A stretch of DNA of 63,668 nucleotides, the filler included, from Octopus bimaculoides (lineage: Eukaryota): NCBI RefSeq assembly GCF_001194135.2. It is 5 parts of 5 records of this genome, joined end to end, with 100 filler letters (N's around TTAATTAATTAA, not from the genome) between each part and the next. Parts side by side here need not be neighbours in the genome. Positions count along the whole stretch, not along the records: positions 1 to 11,412 come from NC_068988.1; positions 11,513 to 16,706 come from NC_069006.1; 3 more parts are not named here. The stretch is one strand, 5' to 3'. The notes under the pieces were generated by a model. That model worked only from the letters and a program-made list of their open reading frames with translations. It was not told where the DNA came from and searched no databases. This document shows, in pieces, positions 1-13,035 of this stretch (its first letter is position 1; the number at the start of each line of letters is the position of its first letter). A program made the position numbers and the translations under genes.

Positions 1-360
1 ATTTAAATATACATACATGCATACATACATACATACATACATACATACATACATACATACAAACATACGTACATACATACATATGTCATTATCAATAGCA
101 AAAATCTTTGGGCACTACTGTTTCGAGTGCTAAGAGTCGTAGGGCTTGTTATTCGCTTACCATGGCATATAAGTGACCGAGATCACAGCATTTCTCCGTG
201 AACGGAACGCTAGAATTAGCCATTTGAAGCTGCGTGGACAGGAACAATGTGAAATGAAGAGTTTTGCCCCAAAACACAACGCATCGCCTAGTTCCGGAAT
301 CAAAACTACGATCTTGCGATCGTGAGTGCATTACCCTAGCTACTAGGCCACGTGCTTCCA

Positions 361-439
<79 letters not shown>

Positions 440-937
440 CACACACGTACACATGCATATACATTATAAAACCTCACTGTAGATTTAACAGTTTCTGTTT
501 TCAGCACAACAGCATAAACCAGGTTAAGTGAAATATATATATAAATGCCATAAAGCTTAAATGTGAATTAAATAAAAATATAAACACAACCTTTCTATAC
601 TATTAATGTGTGACAAAAGGAAGGAAAGAGTCTACTGAGGCACCGTTTCACGGTTTTTAAACTGCTCATCATAGTAAACATAATCTACTTTCCTCTCTGT
701 ATAATGATGAACCGCCACAAACACAGATATGCATATTAAGCTACCCAACAAGGAAATAGCCAATTCATAGCTACATTAGAAGCGGTTGATCTATACTGGT
801 AATAGTAAAAAAAAAAGTCAGGTACGTCTTCTCTGAGGATCGGTCAACAAACATAAAACTGTCTGCTAGGAGACTTGCTCTCTCTTTTTTGGTTTCTCCG
901 TACATGAAGAGCATGAAAAGAATATGTTAACGTTCTT

Positions 938-1009
938 ATTTAACACCATGTTTAATTTTATTTCACTTCTGATTTAACACCATGTTTAATTTTATTTCAC
1001 TTCTGATTT
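938..1009. repeat. Perfect 34-bp tandem duplication
   Basis: ATTTAACACCATGTTTAATTTTATTTCACTTCTG occurs twice, followed by ATTT. Confidence 0.9.
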
Positions 1010-1467
1010 ATGATGTACATAAATACATATTGTCATGTATGTATGTACGTAGATATTATGTATGTATGTATGCATGCATGTATGTATGTATGTATGTATG
1101 TATGTATTATGTATGTATGTATATGTGTATGTACTACTCCCGCAGATAAAGATCTTCCCACCTCTATATGTATACAAACATGTTTCCTTTCGTATGGTTG
1201 AAAACAACGGAAAGACTATTTAAAAGTTAAAGATTTATAGCAAAGACTTTCATAAATATTGGCCGTAGACTTAATCTGTCACTCGATATAACATCATCAA
1301 TTGGTCCTCTCACGACTTTAACGGAATTTATTCTGTTGCAAATATTCGGGCGAAGTGTCCCGTTTGAGGAGATTTTCCACTCTACCAGACTTCTAAACTG
1401 GAAATTGCGACCAAGTAGTAAAGGATATATACATACATACATACATACAAACATACATATATATATA

Positions 1468-1495
1468 TTGTTGGCACTCCGTCGCTTACGACGTC
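1468..1495 (-). mobile_element. 3' end of a family A SINE, the rest lost in a gap
   Basis: TGGCACTCCGTCGCTTACGACG is the reverse complement of the family A 3' end. Confidence 0.6.
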
Positions 1496-3391
1496 NNNNN
1501 NNNNNNNNNNNNNNNNNNNNNNNNNNNNNNNNNNNNNNNNNNNNNNNNNNNNNNNNNNNNNNNNNNNNNNNNNNNNNNNNNNNNNNNNNNNNNNNNNNNN
1601 NNNNNNNNNNNNNNNNNNNNNNNNNNNNNNNNNNNNNNNNNNNNNNNNNNNNNNNNNNNNNNNNNNNNNNNNNNNNNNNNNNNNNNNNNNNNNNNNNNNN
1701 NNNNNNNNNNNNNNNNNNNNNNNNNNNNNNNNNNNNNNNNNNNNNNNNNNNNNNNNNNNNNNNNNNNNNNNNNNNNNNNNNNNNNNNNNNNNNNNNNNNN
1801 NNNNNNNNNNNNNNNNNNNNNNNNNNNNNNNNNNNNNNNNNNNNNNNNNNNNNNNNNNNNNNNNNNNNNNNNNNNNNNNNNNNNNNNNNNNNNNNNNNNN
1901 NNNNNNNNNNNNNNNNNNNNNNNNNNNNNNNNNNNNNNNNNNNNNNNNNNNNNNNNNNNNNNNNNNNNNNNNNNNNNNNNNNNNNNNNNNNNNNNNNNNN
2001 NNNNNNNNNNNNNNNNNNNNNNNNNNNNNNNNNNNNNNNNNNNNNNNNNNNNNNNNNNNNNNNNNNNNNNNNNNNNNNNNNNNNNNNNNNNNNNNNNNNN
2101 NNNNNNNNNNNNNNNNNNNNNNNNNNNNNNNNNNNTATATATATATATATCCAAACCTGATCATGTCGAGAATTTTATATAGCATCCCGGTAGTTGTGAA
2201 AACTTACATTCACAATTGCGTGACCACCCTAATAATCAAGGGGAAAAAGGAAAGGGGGAGAGAGAGAACGAGAGAGATGGAGAGAAATTGAGAGAGAGAA
2301 AGAGAGAGAAAGAGAGAGGGAGAGGGAGAGGGAGAGGGAGAGAGAGAGCTGCACTAAGACCCGGTTTGCAATCATTTACAGTTAAGTAGACTGGAGCAAC
2401 GTGAAACGAGGTGTCTTGCTCAAGGACGCAGCACAATGTCCAGTCCAAAAATTCAACTCAAGACATGATTATGATTCCGACACTCTAACCATTGGAACGA
2501 CGCCTTCATCAGAATATTATCTAATGTACATGTACGTCATATATTTAATTTCCTAATATCATTTAATTGAATATACCATCATTATTTAATTATAAAAATA
2601 GATATATTTTTTAACACCTCTAATGATGACGGAACATACTTTCATGTAAATTCTATCAGATAGTTTGATAAAATTGAAACAGTATCAAATCATGGAAACT
2701 TTTGATGTTTGATAACCAAAGAATTTAAAATTTCGCTGCACAATGACAAAGAAGCAAGTTCGATTCCACAACGTAACAGCTTGGACAAGTGTCTTTTATC
2801 AGTGTCTCAGGATAAAATTGGGTAGACTGAAATTGTGGTTAAGTCCATCAAATGGGTTATAATAGTAATTTAAATGTATAGCTTTGTCAAATAGCGTATC
2901 ATTCTTATTCAACCGGAGAAATTCAATTATACAACTGAGCAGATAATTCATTTGTTCAGTCACCTTAATTCTCTTCACCGAAATTGACGGTGGTCCAACT
3001 ACTTTAATAAAGAAAAAAATATATCGAATTCTATAGGGACATATATCAAAATAACACAAATGTTTTACTTGGAAATGAAATTATGATTCTAATGTTTCCA
3101 TGATAATAATATTGGTTTTCAAATTTTGGCATAAGTACAACAATGTCAGAGGGCCAGATAAGACGATTAGATGACATAGACCCCTCTTCCAGTACTCAGC
3201 AGGTACTTATTGAAAAGGTTAAAAAAAAAAAAAATATTGAAAGTTAAAGTCGANNNNNNNNNNAATGAACTCAGTACGGATGAAATGCTGCTAAACAGTT
3301 TGGCGGTGTGCTAACGATTCTGCTAGCTCGCCTCCTTGTTTCGAAACCAGTATAAGGCGGTTTCAACATATAAGGCGGTTTCAACATATAA

Positions 3392-3840
3392 GGCGGTGAG
3401 CTGACACAATCGTTAGTGCGGCGGACAAAATATTTAGCGGCATTTCGTCTGTCTTTATGGTCTGCGTTCAAATTCCGTCGAGGTCGACTTTGCGTTTCAT
3501 CCTTTCAGGGTCGAAAATATAAGTACCATATGAACACTGGGGTCAATGTAATCGACTGGCTTCCTACCCCTTAAAATTGTTGGCCTTGTGCCAAAATTTG
3601 AAGCAAATATTATATACACGTATAAGATGGTGAACCTTCACAATCATTAGCGCGTCGGACAAAAAGGTTTAGCGGCATTTCTTCTGATTCTTTAAGTTCC
3701 GAGTTCACGTCCTGCCAAGGACAAATTCACCTTTCGCCCATTTAGGGTCGATAAAATGAAATACCATTCATGTACTGGGGTCAACGTAATCGACTTGCAC
3801 TTCCCTTCACAAATACTGACCTTGTGCCCAAATCAGAAAG
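3392..3840 (+). mobile_element. Two adjacent family B SINEs (about 3392-3612 and 3625-3840)
   Basis: Both carry the family B head and the GTCGA core. Confidence 0.8.
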
Positions 3841-3854
3841 AAAAGTACATGCGT

Positions 3855-4650
3855 ACAGGCGTGGCTGTGTGGTAAGTAGCTTGCTTTCCAACCACATGGT
3901 TCCGGGTTCAGTCCCACCCACTGCGTGGCACCTTGGGCAAGTGTCTTCTACCATATAGCCTCGGGCCGACCAAAGCCTTGTGAGTGGATTTGGTAGACAG
4001 AAACTGAAAGAAGCCTAGAGTACGTCCTGTCTGGTCTTCGAAACGTCTGGATAGAATAGAGACAGCTGATGAAGGGATATTCCAAGGGGCTTTCCGTTTT
4101 CCTATGTGTTCGTTCCGTTGTCTGTAGTTTATTGTTCTAACGTCCTGTACCCTGATATGCATGTATATACACATGTAGATGTAAGTATGTACATATATGT
4201 GTGTATACATGTATATATATTCTTTGTATTATTACATTATTGAANNNNNNNNNNNNNNNNNNNNNNNNNNNNNNNNNNNNNNNNNNNNNNNNNNNNNNNN
4301 NNNNNNNNNNNNNNNNNNNNNNNNNNNNNNNNNNNNNNNNNNNNNNNNNNNNNNNNNNNNNNNNNNNNNNNNNNNNNNNNNNNNNNNNNNNNNNNNNNNN
4401 NNNNNNNNNNNNNNNNNNNNNNNNNNNNNNNNNNNNNNNNNNNNNNNNNNNNNNGTGTCTGTGTTTGTCTCCCCACCATCGCTTGACAACCGAACCTGGT
4501 GTGTTTACGTCCCCGTAACTTAGAGGTTCGGCAAAGAGACCGATAGAATAAGTACTAGGCTTACAAGGAATAAGTTCTGGGGTTAACTTGTTCAACTAAA
4601 GGCGGTGCTCCAGCATGGCTGCAGTCAAATGAATGAAACAAATAAAAGAA
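3855..4650 (+). mobile_element. Family C SINE (tRNA head, CORE-like part, internal TA/TG microsatellite, AAAAGA tail), interrupted by an insert and a gap
   Basis: Head GGCGTGGCTGTGTGGTAAG...GGTTCAGTCCCA...CACCTTGGGCAAGTGTCTTCTA at 3858-4015. Tail ...GGCGGTGCTCCAGCATGGCTGCAGTCAAATG at 4455-4650. Confidence 0.8.
4022..4078 (+). ncRNA. Candidate non-circularly permuted hammerhead ribozyme
   Basis: GUC at 4024-26, GAAA at 4040-43, CUGAUGA at 4066-72. Stem III 4022-25/4043-46 (4 bp); stem I 4027-32/4060-65 (6 Watson-Crick bp); weak stem II (G4074-C4039 plus two G.U). Folded by eye only. Confidence 0.5.
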
Positions 4651-6911
4651 TAAAAATAACGTGCAGTACTCTCATGAGCTGGGAAACAGGGAAAGAAGTA
4701 CATATATAATACACACACATACACAAACACCTGCGCGCGCACACACACACACAAACACCTGCGCGCACACACACACACACGTCCGAGCAAGGGGCTCTGA
4801 AACGTGACAATCCTGTCTGTTTTCACACATATATAAACTCATACAAACATACATGTATGTCGGCACGTCCACAATGCGCATGCGTGCACACATATATCTG
4901 TGTGAATAATGAGTCTTAGACTGCGTTATTACATGTCCCTTCACTTTAAGAGTTGATGTAATTTAAAGGAAATTCGGCTGCTATTTCTAACAGGTTGCAC
5001 AGAATTCCCTCCCTCCCCCCATCACCATCTCTCTCTACCGTACAATTTATAAATAAGTACTTACTTGAGTAATTAGAAAGCAACAAACAATAAAGATTTT
5101 AAGAGCCATGTTAGTGAACGTGACGTAGTAATTATAGTATCAATAACGGAGTCTCTGCTAAGGTAACTCGTGTAATAAATAGACAGACACCGTTATCATT
5201 ATAAGTTAAGACATATCTAGCGAGAGCTGTGCAGGTGTTGAAGAGATAGATAAACGTAAATATACATCGATTATATCTTAGTACATAAAACACACAAACT
5301 CACTCACATACTCATGCACATACACTGTGACATGTATAGACGCACATACTCATGCGCATGCGCACACACACATACACAGACGGGCATGCGCGCGCGTGCA
5401 CACACACACTTATTGACTAAATGGTGGACTTAAGAATATATTGAACAATTACCGTTGTTGAATGATATATATATATATATATATATANNNNNNNNNNNNN
5501 NNNNNNNNNNNNNNNNNNNNNNNNNNNNNNNNNNNNNNNNNNNNNNNNNNNNNNNNNNNNNNNNNNNNNNNNNNNNNNNNNNNNNNNNNNNNNNNNNNNN
5601 NNNNNNNNNNNNNNNNNNNNNNNNNNNNNNNNNNNNNNNNNNNNNNNNNNNNNNNNNNNNNNNNNNNNNNNNNNNNNNNNNNNNNNNNNNNNNNNNNNNN
5701 NNNNNNNNNNNNNNNNNNNNNNNNNNNNNNNNNNNNNNNNNNNNNNNNNNNNNNNNNNNNNNNNNNNNNNNNNNNNNNNNNNNNNNNNNNNNNNNNNNNN
5801 NNNNNNNNNNNNNNNNNNNNNNNNNNNNNNNNNNNNNNNNNNNNNNNNNNNNNNNNNNNNNNNNNNNNNNNNNNNNNNNNNNNNNNNNNNNNNNNNNNNN
5901 NNNNNNNNNNNNNNNNNNNNNNNNNNNNNNNNNNNNNNNNNNNNNNNNNNNNNNNNNNNNNNNNNNNNNNNNNNNNNNNNNNNNNNNNNNNNNNNNNNNN
6001 NNNNNNNNTATTCATCAACTTTTAGACATTATACTATGTCTATTTACTTAAAAAAACACAATTATAACGATATACTTACATGTATAACATATCATGCTTT
6101 ACATATATAATATATAAAATATAAAAATACCAGTAATTATTAAAATATATTACGTAGAACATAGAAAGTAGAATAGTTCCTTACAGCTGTTTCAGCTAAG
6201 TAGAATAGTTTCTTACGGCTGTTTCAACTGTTTCATAGTACCCCACTTTACTTTCATCCCTTCAGTGAACTGAAGTATTTAGTAGATAAAATTCAGGTAC
6301 TTGGGTGTGCCTCTGGGCTTCGCCAGAGAGTTTAGAAAGTTCATAAGGTTAAGTTATAAATGTAAATACATACATGTATACACACTTTTACATATACATA
6401 CATATACATAAATATACATAAATACATATCTATACATTTATATGTATATGCATATACATATATGCATATACATATATGCATATATTTGACATTTATGAAG
6501 ATACGTTAAATAGTTTATGATTTGATATTTTTTAAATATCTTTAATATTCCTCAGTTACCTAAGCTTAAGATTCACAGATCCCGAAAGGAGCTTTCTCGC
6601 ACTTTGGGATTATTTAGTATGCTATATGCAACTTTAAGACTATAGGCTGCTGTATTCTGAGAACGTATATGACTCGGTGATGTGTGCAAAGCAGTATATA
6701 TATATATATACATACATATATACATACACACACACACACTCATATATATATATATATATATATATATAACTGATGTTATATTTATTCCTGAATGATGTGT
6801 AAAGAAATTTTGATTTATTAAATCTCTTAATGAATTCTTTATACTGAAATATATATTGAAGAAGATAAATATGTTCATTTGAATATATACATTTTTGCGT
6901 CGTAACTCCTT

Positions 6912-6947
<36 letters not shown>

Positions 6948-7473
6948 GTACACACACATATATACATACATACACACGCACACAAATATATATGTACACA
7001 TTCGAGGCCGCATGGACTTGTGGTTAGTGTGTTGCACTCACGACCATGAGATCGTGATTTCCAATCCTGGAAGGCGTTGTGAGTTGTGTTCAGGAGCAAA
7101 GTACTTCATTTCACGTTACTCTGTGCTGTCCTAACCATATCATATGTGGAACACCGTCTACCCGTTTAGGCAATGTCAAGTCTGATAGAGAGCAGAGAAT
7201 CCCAGACAGTCCTACGGCTGTGGAGAAACGACAAACAAAATAGTTTAGTGATGGATCTGGAAGATGAATGACAATGCGGTTTACAAAATGAGGACCGAAA
7301 AATAAAGAAGGGTTGGACAGCTGAGTATGCCTGTACGGATAAGGTAAGCAGGTGGAATAAAAGAACAGAAGTCATTATAGCAGTAACAACAGAAGCGACA
7401 AGGAGAAGAAACAGCGCATCTGTCACATAGCGATTATAACGCGCTAGTGAATGGGTCTTTGTCAATCAGGTGG

Positions 7474-7527
7474 ATGGACTTTTTGGGACTCGTTCTAAGT
7501 GCGTGCGTCGTCGTTGAAGTTGTAGTG
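7474..7527 (+). CDS. Candidate first coding exon, signal-peptide-like MDFLGLVLSACVVVEVVV
   Basis: Acceptor gtcaatcag ends at 7469, ATG at 7474, donor GTAAGA at 7528 (phase 0). A strong upstream donor AAG|GTAAGC at 7343/7344 would define a 126-nt 5'UTR intron. The link to the CBM14 exons is unproven and needs a phase 0-to-1 exon. Confidence 0.3.
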
Positions 7528-10500
7528 GTAAGAACTGAACCTTTACGAATGTAAGAGCAGGAATTTGTCGTGTGCTTTGGTGAAGAAAGAAAACGATTTC
7601 CTTCCCTTCCAGAAAAAAAGACCCTCCACCACCTACGATAACAACGACATCCCTCCACCACCACCACCACCACCACCACCACCACCANNNNNNNNNNNNN
7701 NNNNNNNNNNNNNNNNNNNNNNNNNNNNNNNNNNNNNNNNNNNNNNNNNNNNNNNNNNNNNNNNNNNNNNNNNNNNNNNNNNNNNNNNNNNNNNNNNNNN
7801 NNNNNNNNNNNNNNNNNNNNNNNNNNNNNNNNNNNNNNNNNNNNNNNNNNNNNNNNNNNNNNNNNNNNNNNNNNNNNNNNNNNNNNNNNNNNNNNNNNNN
7901 NNNNNNNNNNNNNNNNNNNNNNNNNNNNNNNNNNNNNNNNNNNNNNNNNNNNNNNNNNNNNNNNNNNNNNNNNNNNNNNNNNNNNNNNNNNNNNNNNNNN
8001 NNNNNNNNNNNNNNNNNNNNNNNNNNNNNNNNNNNNNNNNNNNNNNNNNNNNNNNNNNNNNNNNNNNNNNNNNNNNNNNNNNNNNNNNNNCACCACCATC
8101 ACACCGCCATCACGAGTACCACTACCATTCCCACCACCGTCATTACAACTTCACCATCATCATCACCACCACCGCCACCACCACCAACAACAACATCATT
8201 ATTCTCTCCATCATTACCGTTGCCGTCATCTTCACCATATAAACCACAATGACGACGACCACCACCAACACAACCACAACCACCTCCACGCAACGACATC
8301 AACAGTAGCAATATCAACAACAAATAGAAGCAAAACAGAAATAAACTGAGCACAGTTTATAAATAAGCGTCAAATTTATTCTTCCCTCACCTCATTCCCA
8401 TACCTTATTCACTCAGTCACCATTTTCTTCTGACTAACATCGAAGCAGTGAACATCGTTTTGATAAAATAAGAGACCGGAAACGGCCGATAAATGCCGCT
8501 TAAATCATGGTAGGCTTTTAATTTAGTGTTCTGGTAAGGTAAGGAGATCTCATGCTGTGGGAACTTTGGTATTGATTTATCGATTATCATTCATTATTCT
8601 TGAAACTGTTCTGTTCTGTAGGTTTGGTTCTTTTTCTCTGCAACCAAAATAGCTGAACTGTAGAATATTTACTGACCATTGTCCGGACAAACTTACAAAG
8701 AATACACAATACACACAGCATCTGAAATAGATTTGGAAAAGAATATGTACATGTATGTATATATACATTATATATGTATATATGTATGTATATAAATACA
8801 TATGTGTATGTGTATATACAATCACACACACACACATATACATATATAGGTGTCTGTATATATGAATGTAGCTATGTCTGTATCCCTATATACACTTACA
8901 TGTAATCATAAAACCTCCCTGCACACACACATATGTATGCATTATGTGTATATATATATATATATATATNNNNNNNNNNNNNNNNNNNNNNNNNNNNNNN
9001 NNNNNNNNNNNNNNNNNNNNNNNNNNNNNNNNNNNNNNNNNNNNNNNNNNNNNNNNNNNNNNNNNNNNNNNNNNNNNNNNNNNNNNNNNNNNNNNNNNNN
9101 NNNNNNNNNNNNNNNNNNNNNNNNNNNNNNNNNNNNNNNNNNNNNNNNNNNNNNNNNNNNNNNNNNNNNNNNNNNNNNNNNNNNNNNNNNNNNNNNNNNN
9201 NNNNNNNNNNNNNNATATATATATATATATATTGATAGATAAATATTGATAGATAGATAGACATGCACACACGCCTGCGCGCATATAATTGCACAGTGGG
9301 GTCATGGCGAAGAAAAGAGGAAGTAAAACTAATAAAATATAACCAGTGTTTGAAAAATAACAATATACCCCGTATCGTCTATATCATATAATGGAGTCTA
9401 TTAGATAGAGCAACAACATACATACAATCAAATACTTTTTGTAGTATTTGTACTCTGGAACGAATATTAATCCTGAAACATGAAACCAAACCATTAAATA
9501 AACATACAGATTTAATCTCTTCATGTCCTCACATGCTCAGGTACCTACTTAAATATCACAACACCATTCTAAAGGCGGTAACTTGAGATCCCAATAAAAT
9601 GCAACGTTTTCCCAATATTTTCGTTTCTTCTCTACTCTTCAAATAATATTCGCGAGCAAACTAGCGATGATGGCAATCTAACTTACACTATACAAAATTC
9701 TCCCGTGCCAAAATAAATGAATATTTAGTATTTCTTCCATCAATAGTTGCTCATTTTCAGAAATCTACGAAGAGAAAAAGTAGTTTCCTTCCGTTCTTCT
9801 GTTTTTTTTTTCTTCGGTGATATTTGAACTCAGAACACAAATATACATAATTAAATACGCAAGACACGAATGGATTCAGAATCTTTACAATTCTGCTTAT
9901 TCAAGACTCTAACTGTAGCTAACGTTCACCCTATAATCGGATTACGAGGAGCAAGCTAACACCTCGTTCCTCCTCCTCCTCCTCCTCCTACTACTGCTGG
10001 AGTGAAATGGCCGAGTCATTAGTGTGTTGGATAGAAGATCTCGACTCTCTGCTCACTAATTTCGAATCCCGTTAGAGTCAGCTTTGCATTTAATTCTTTC
10101 GGAGTTGACAATAAAGTATCAATTATAATCGGTGGACTGGCGGAATCTAGCCAGTGAGATGAAGTGACAACAATTATTCTTATGGTTTTTGGTGCATTTT
10201 GTGCAACACCCAAAATTGCTACCTAAGAGACTGAAATATATTAGATTTGAGACTAGCATTGTTGAGCTACAGAAAAGTGCAATCGTGTATTCTGCAGTAA
10301 TCCTACGAAAAATTCTTGAGATTTGAGAAAGATTGTCACATACATCAAGATAGCATTCCTGCTAATTAAATTATCATATAATAGCTTCGGAATAATAATA
10401 ATAATAATGATCTTTTCTGCTATAGGTGCAACGCTGAACATTTTTCTAGGAGATGTCTTGTCAGTTGTTTTGACCCAAGTGTTCCACTGGTACATATGTC

Positions 10501-11456
10501 ATTGACCCGGAAGAGGTGAAAAGCAAAGTCGATCTCGGTGGAATTTGAACTCAGAACCTAAAGAGCTGGATCAAATGCAGTCAAGCACTTTCTTCGAAGC
10601 ACCTAAGATTCTGCCAGCTCGTCAAGAACAAGGATAAGGAGAAGGAAAGGAAGAAGGAGGAAGCGGACTAACAGAAAAGTGAAGGCAAAATGAGAAGTGA
10701 AGAGAAGAAAACTAACAAGAAATATTGAAGTAGAGGTTGGGCGAGTAGGAAGAAAAGAAGAAGAAGAAGAAGAAGAAGAAGAAGAAGAAGAAGAAGAAGA
10801 AGAAGAAGAAGAAGAAGAAGAAGAAGAAGAATACAGATACAGACTGTAAATCATGGCAGTGAAACAGTTCTAAATGGTAACGTTAATACAAAACATGAAA
10901 AGGAAACGAGATCTGAAACGAAACTCGGTTTTCATTGGGATTTTTGCAGTTGACAAAAATTTCTTGTGTGCTAACGGAATTTTGAACATGAAAGGATTTC
11001 AGGGAAGCATCTGAGCGAAGAAATATATATATAGTAGGTTTCTAGTTGTACATTAATAACATCAACTACTTGAGTAAGCATATCTGAAGATTGAAGATTG
11101 AGAGAAATATATTTATATATACGCTCGTTGCATCGCCTCAAATAACTGGGTTTTACTTTAGCAAAATGTCAGCAAGCGTTACCACGTTTGACATTTATTA
11201 CTATGTTTATAAGGAAAAGGAGAAAAGAAGAAGAAAAATTACGAATGAGTTATGCTCTTTAAGAAACGAAACCTTTACGTCACTCTCTAACTTCTGTCGT
11301 TGCCATATTGTACATACATACATACATACATATATACATACATAAATGCATTATGTGTGTGTATGCACGTATACACGTACACACATGTATATATAAACAT
11401 ATATTTAAATCCNNNNNNNNNNNNNNNNNNNNNNNNNNNNNNNNNNNNNNNNNNNN

Positions 11457-11468
11457 TTAATTAATTAA
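11457..11468. other. Assembly linker TTAATTAATTAA inside an N gap (artefact)
   Basis: The identical 12-mer sits centred in N runs at 11457, 16751, 31501 and about 52396, and it has stops in all six frames. Confidence 0.9.
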
Positions 11469-11829
11469 NNNNNNNNNNNNNNNNNNNNNNNNNNNNNNNN
11501 NNNNNNNNNNNNCATATATACGACAGTCTTCTTTCAGTTTCTGTCTACCAAATACACTCACAAGGCTTTGGTCGGCCTGAGGCTATAGTAGAAGACACTT
11601 GGCCAAGGTGCCACACAGTGGGACTGAACCTGGAACCATGTGGTTTGTATGCACTCCTATGCGTGCACTACATATATATATGTGTTTGTGTGTGTATCTT
11701 TTACTTTTATCTTTTACTTGTTTAAGTCATTAGTCTGTGGCCCTGCTGGGACACTGCCTTAAAGGGTCTAGTCAAACAAATTAACCCCAGTACTCTTTTT
11801 TGCTCAGCTTGGTACATATTCTATCAGTG

Positions 11830-12075
11830 TAGAGGCACATGGCCTCGTGGTTAGGGTATTGGACTCATGAGTGTAAGACTGCGGTTTCAATTTCTGTACC
11901 GGCCAACACATGTAATTGAGCAAAACACTTCATAACATGTTGCTCCAGTCCACTTAGCTGGCAAAAATGAGTAATTCTGTGAGGGACTGGCGTCCAGTCC
12001 AGGTGGGGAATATATACGCCATAAAAACGGGAAACCGGCCCTTATGAGTTGCTATGACTCAAGAAGGTAACTTTA
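11830..12075 (+). mobile_element. tRNA-derived SINE (family D)
   Basis: GCACATGGCCTCGTGGTTAGGG head and CACTTCAT...TTGCTCCAGTCCAC body. Related copies lie at about 105-360 (-), 2360-2508 (-), 7008-7170 (+) and 54590-54705 (+). Confidence 0.75.
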
Positions 12076-12697
12076 CCGTTTTTTAAAATTCTATCAGTCT
12101 CCTTCAGGGATGTAAACAAACCAACACTGGTTGCCAAGTGTGTGTGTGAGTGGGGTGGAGGCAAACACAAACTCATGCGCGTAGATATGCACAACAGGCT
12201 TCTTCAGTTTCTGTCTACCAAATCTGCTCACAAGGCTCTGGTCAAACACAGGGCCATATTAGAAGACACAAGCTCTAGGTGCCACGCAGTGGGACTGAAC
12301 CCGGAACCATGTGGTTAGGAAGCAAACTTCCCACCACACAGCCATGCCTGCACCTATATATATGTGTGTGTGAATAATATATATAACAAGAGACCAGAAG
12401 TTGTGGTGATTTGCTGTATTTGAGAAGATGCATTAAAGTGAGTAAAATTGCAGTCATCCATACATACAGGCATGTCCATTGCAGGTGCCACTGTCACATA
12501 AGATGCATTCATGCTGGTGCAGCATAAATGCACCTGTGGCAGTGGCATGTAAAAAACACCCAGTACACACTGTAAAGTGGTTGGCATTAGGAAGGGCATC
12601 CAGCCATAGAAACCAGGCCAAAATAGACAATCGGAATCTGGACAGCTCCCTAGCTGATCAGCTCCTGTCAAATCGTCTGATGTTAGACGATGATGAT

Positions 12698-12699
<2 letters not shown>

Positions 12700-12736
<37 letters not shown>

Positions 12737-12801
12737 GGATCAAAGATAGATAAATACAAGATAGATAGATAGATAGATAGATACAAGATATATAGACAGA
12801 C

Positions 12802-12850
<49 letters not shown>

Positions 12851-13035
12851 CGCATAGATAGATAGATAGATAGATTGATTGATAGATACAAGATAGATAG
12901 ATAGATAGATTGATAGATACAAGATAGATAGATAGATAGATAGATACAAGATAGATAGATAGATACATATAGATAGATACATTTCTTTTATTAGCCACAG
13001 ATAGATAGATAGATAGATAGATAGACAGATAGATA
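12700..13035. repeat. Compound (GATA)n microsatellite
   Basis: Seen directly. Other simple repeats include (TACA)n 8-83, (ATCT)n 362-438, (AGA)n 10755-10829 and (CA)n 62378-62692. Confidence 0.95.

Noticed and set aside
2799-3059. 86-aa minus-strand ORF, and a possible 25-nt upstream mini-exon at 8697-8721 (MLCVLCIL, GTAAGT donor)
   Set aside because: There is no recognisable domain, and the joined product is not convincingly a secreted protein. The splice-like signals are within chance expectation for AT-rich DNA.
11457-11468. Repeated TTAATTAATTAA as a biological motif or piggyBac target
   Set aside because: It always sits centred inside N runs, so it is a scaffolding linker.
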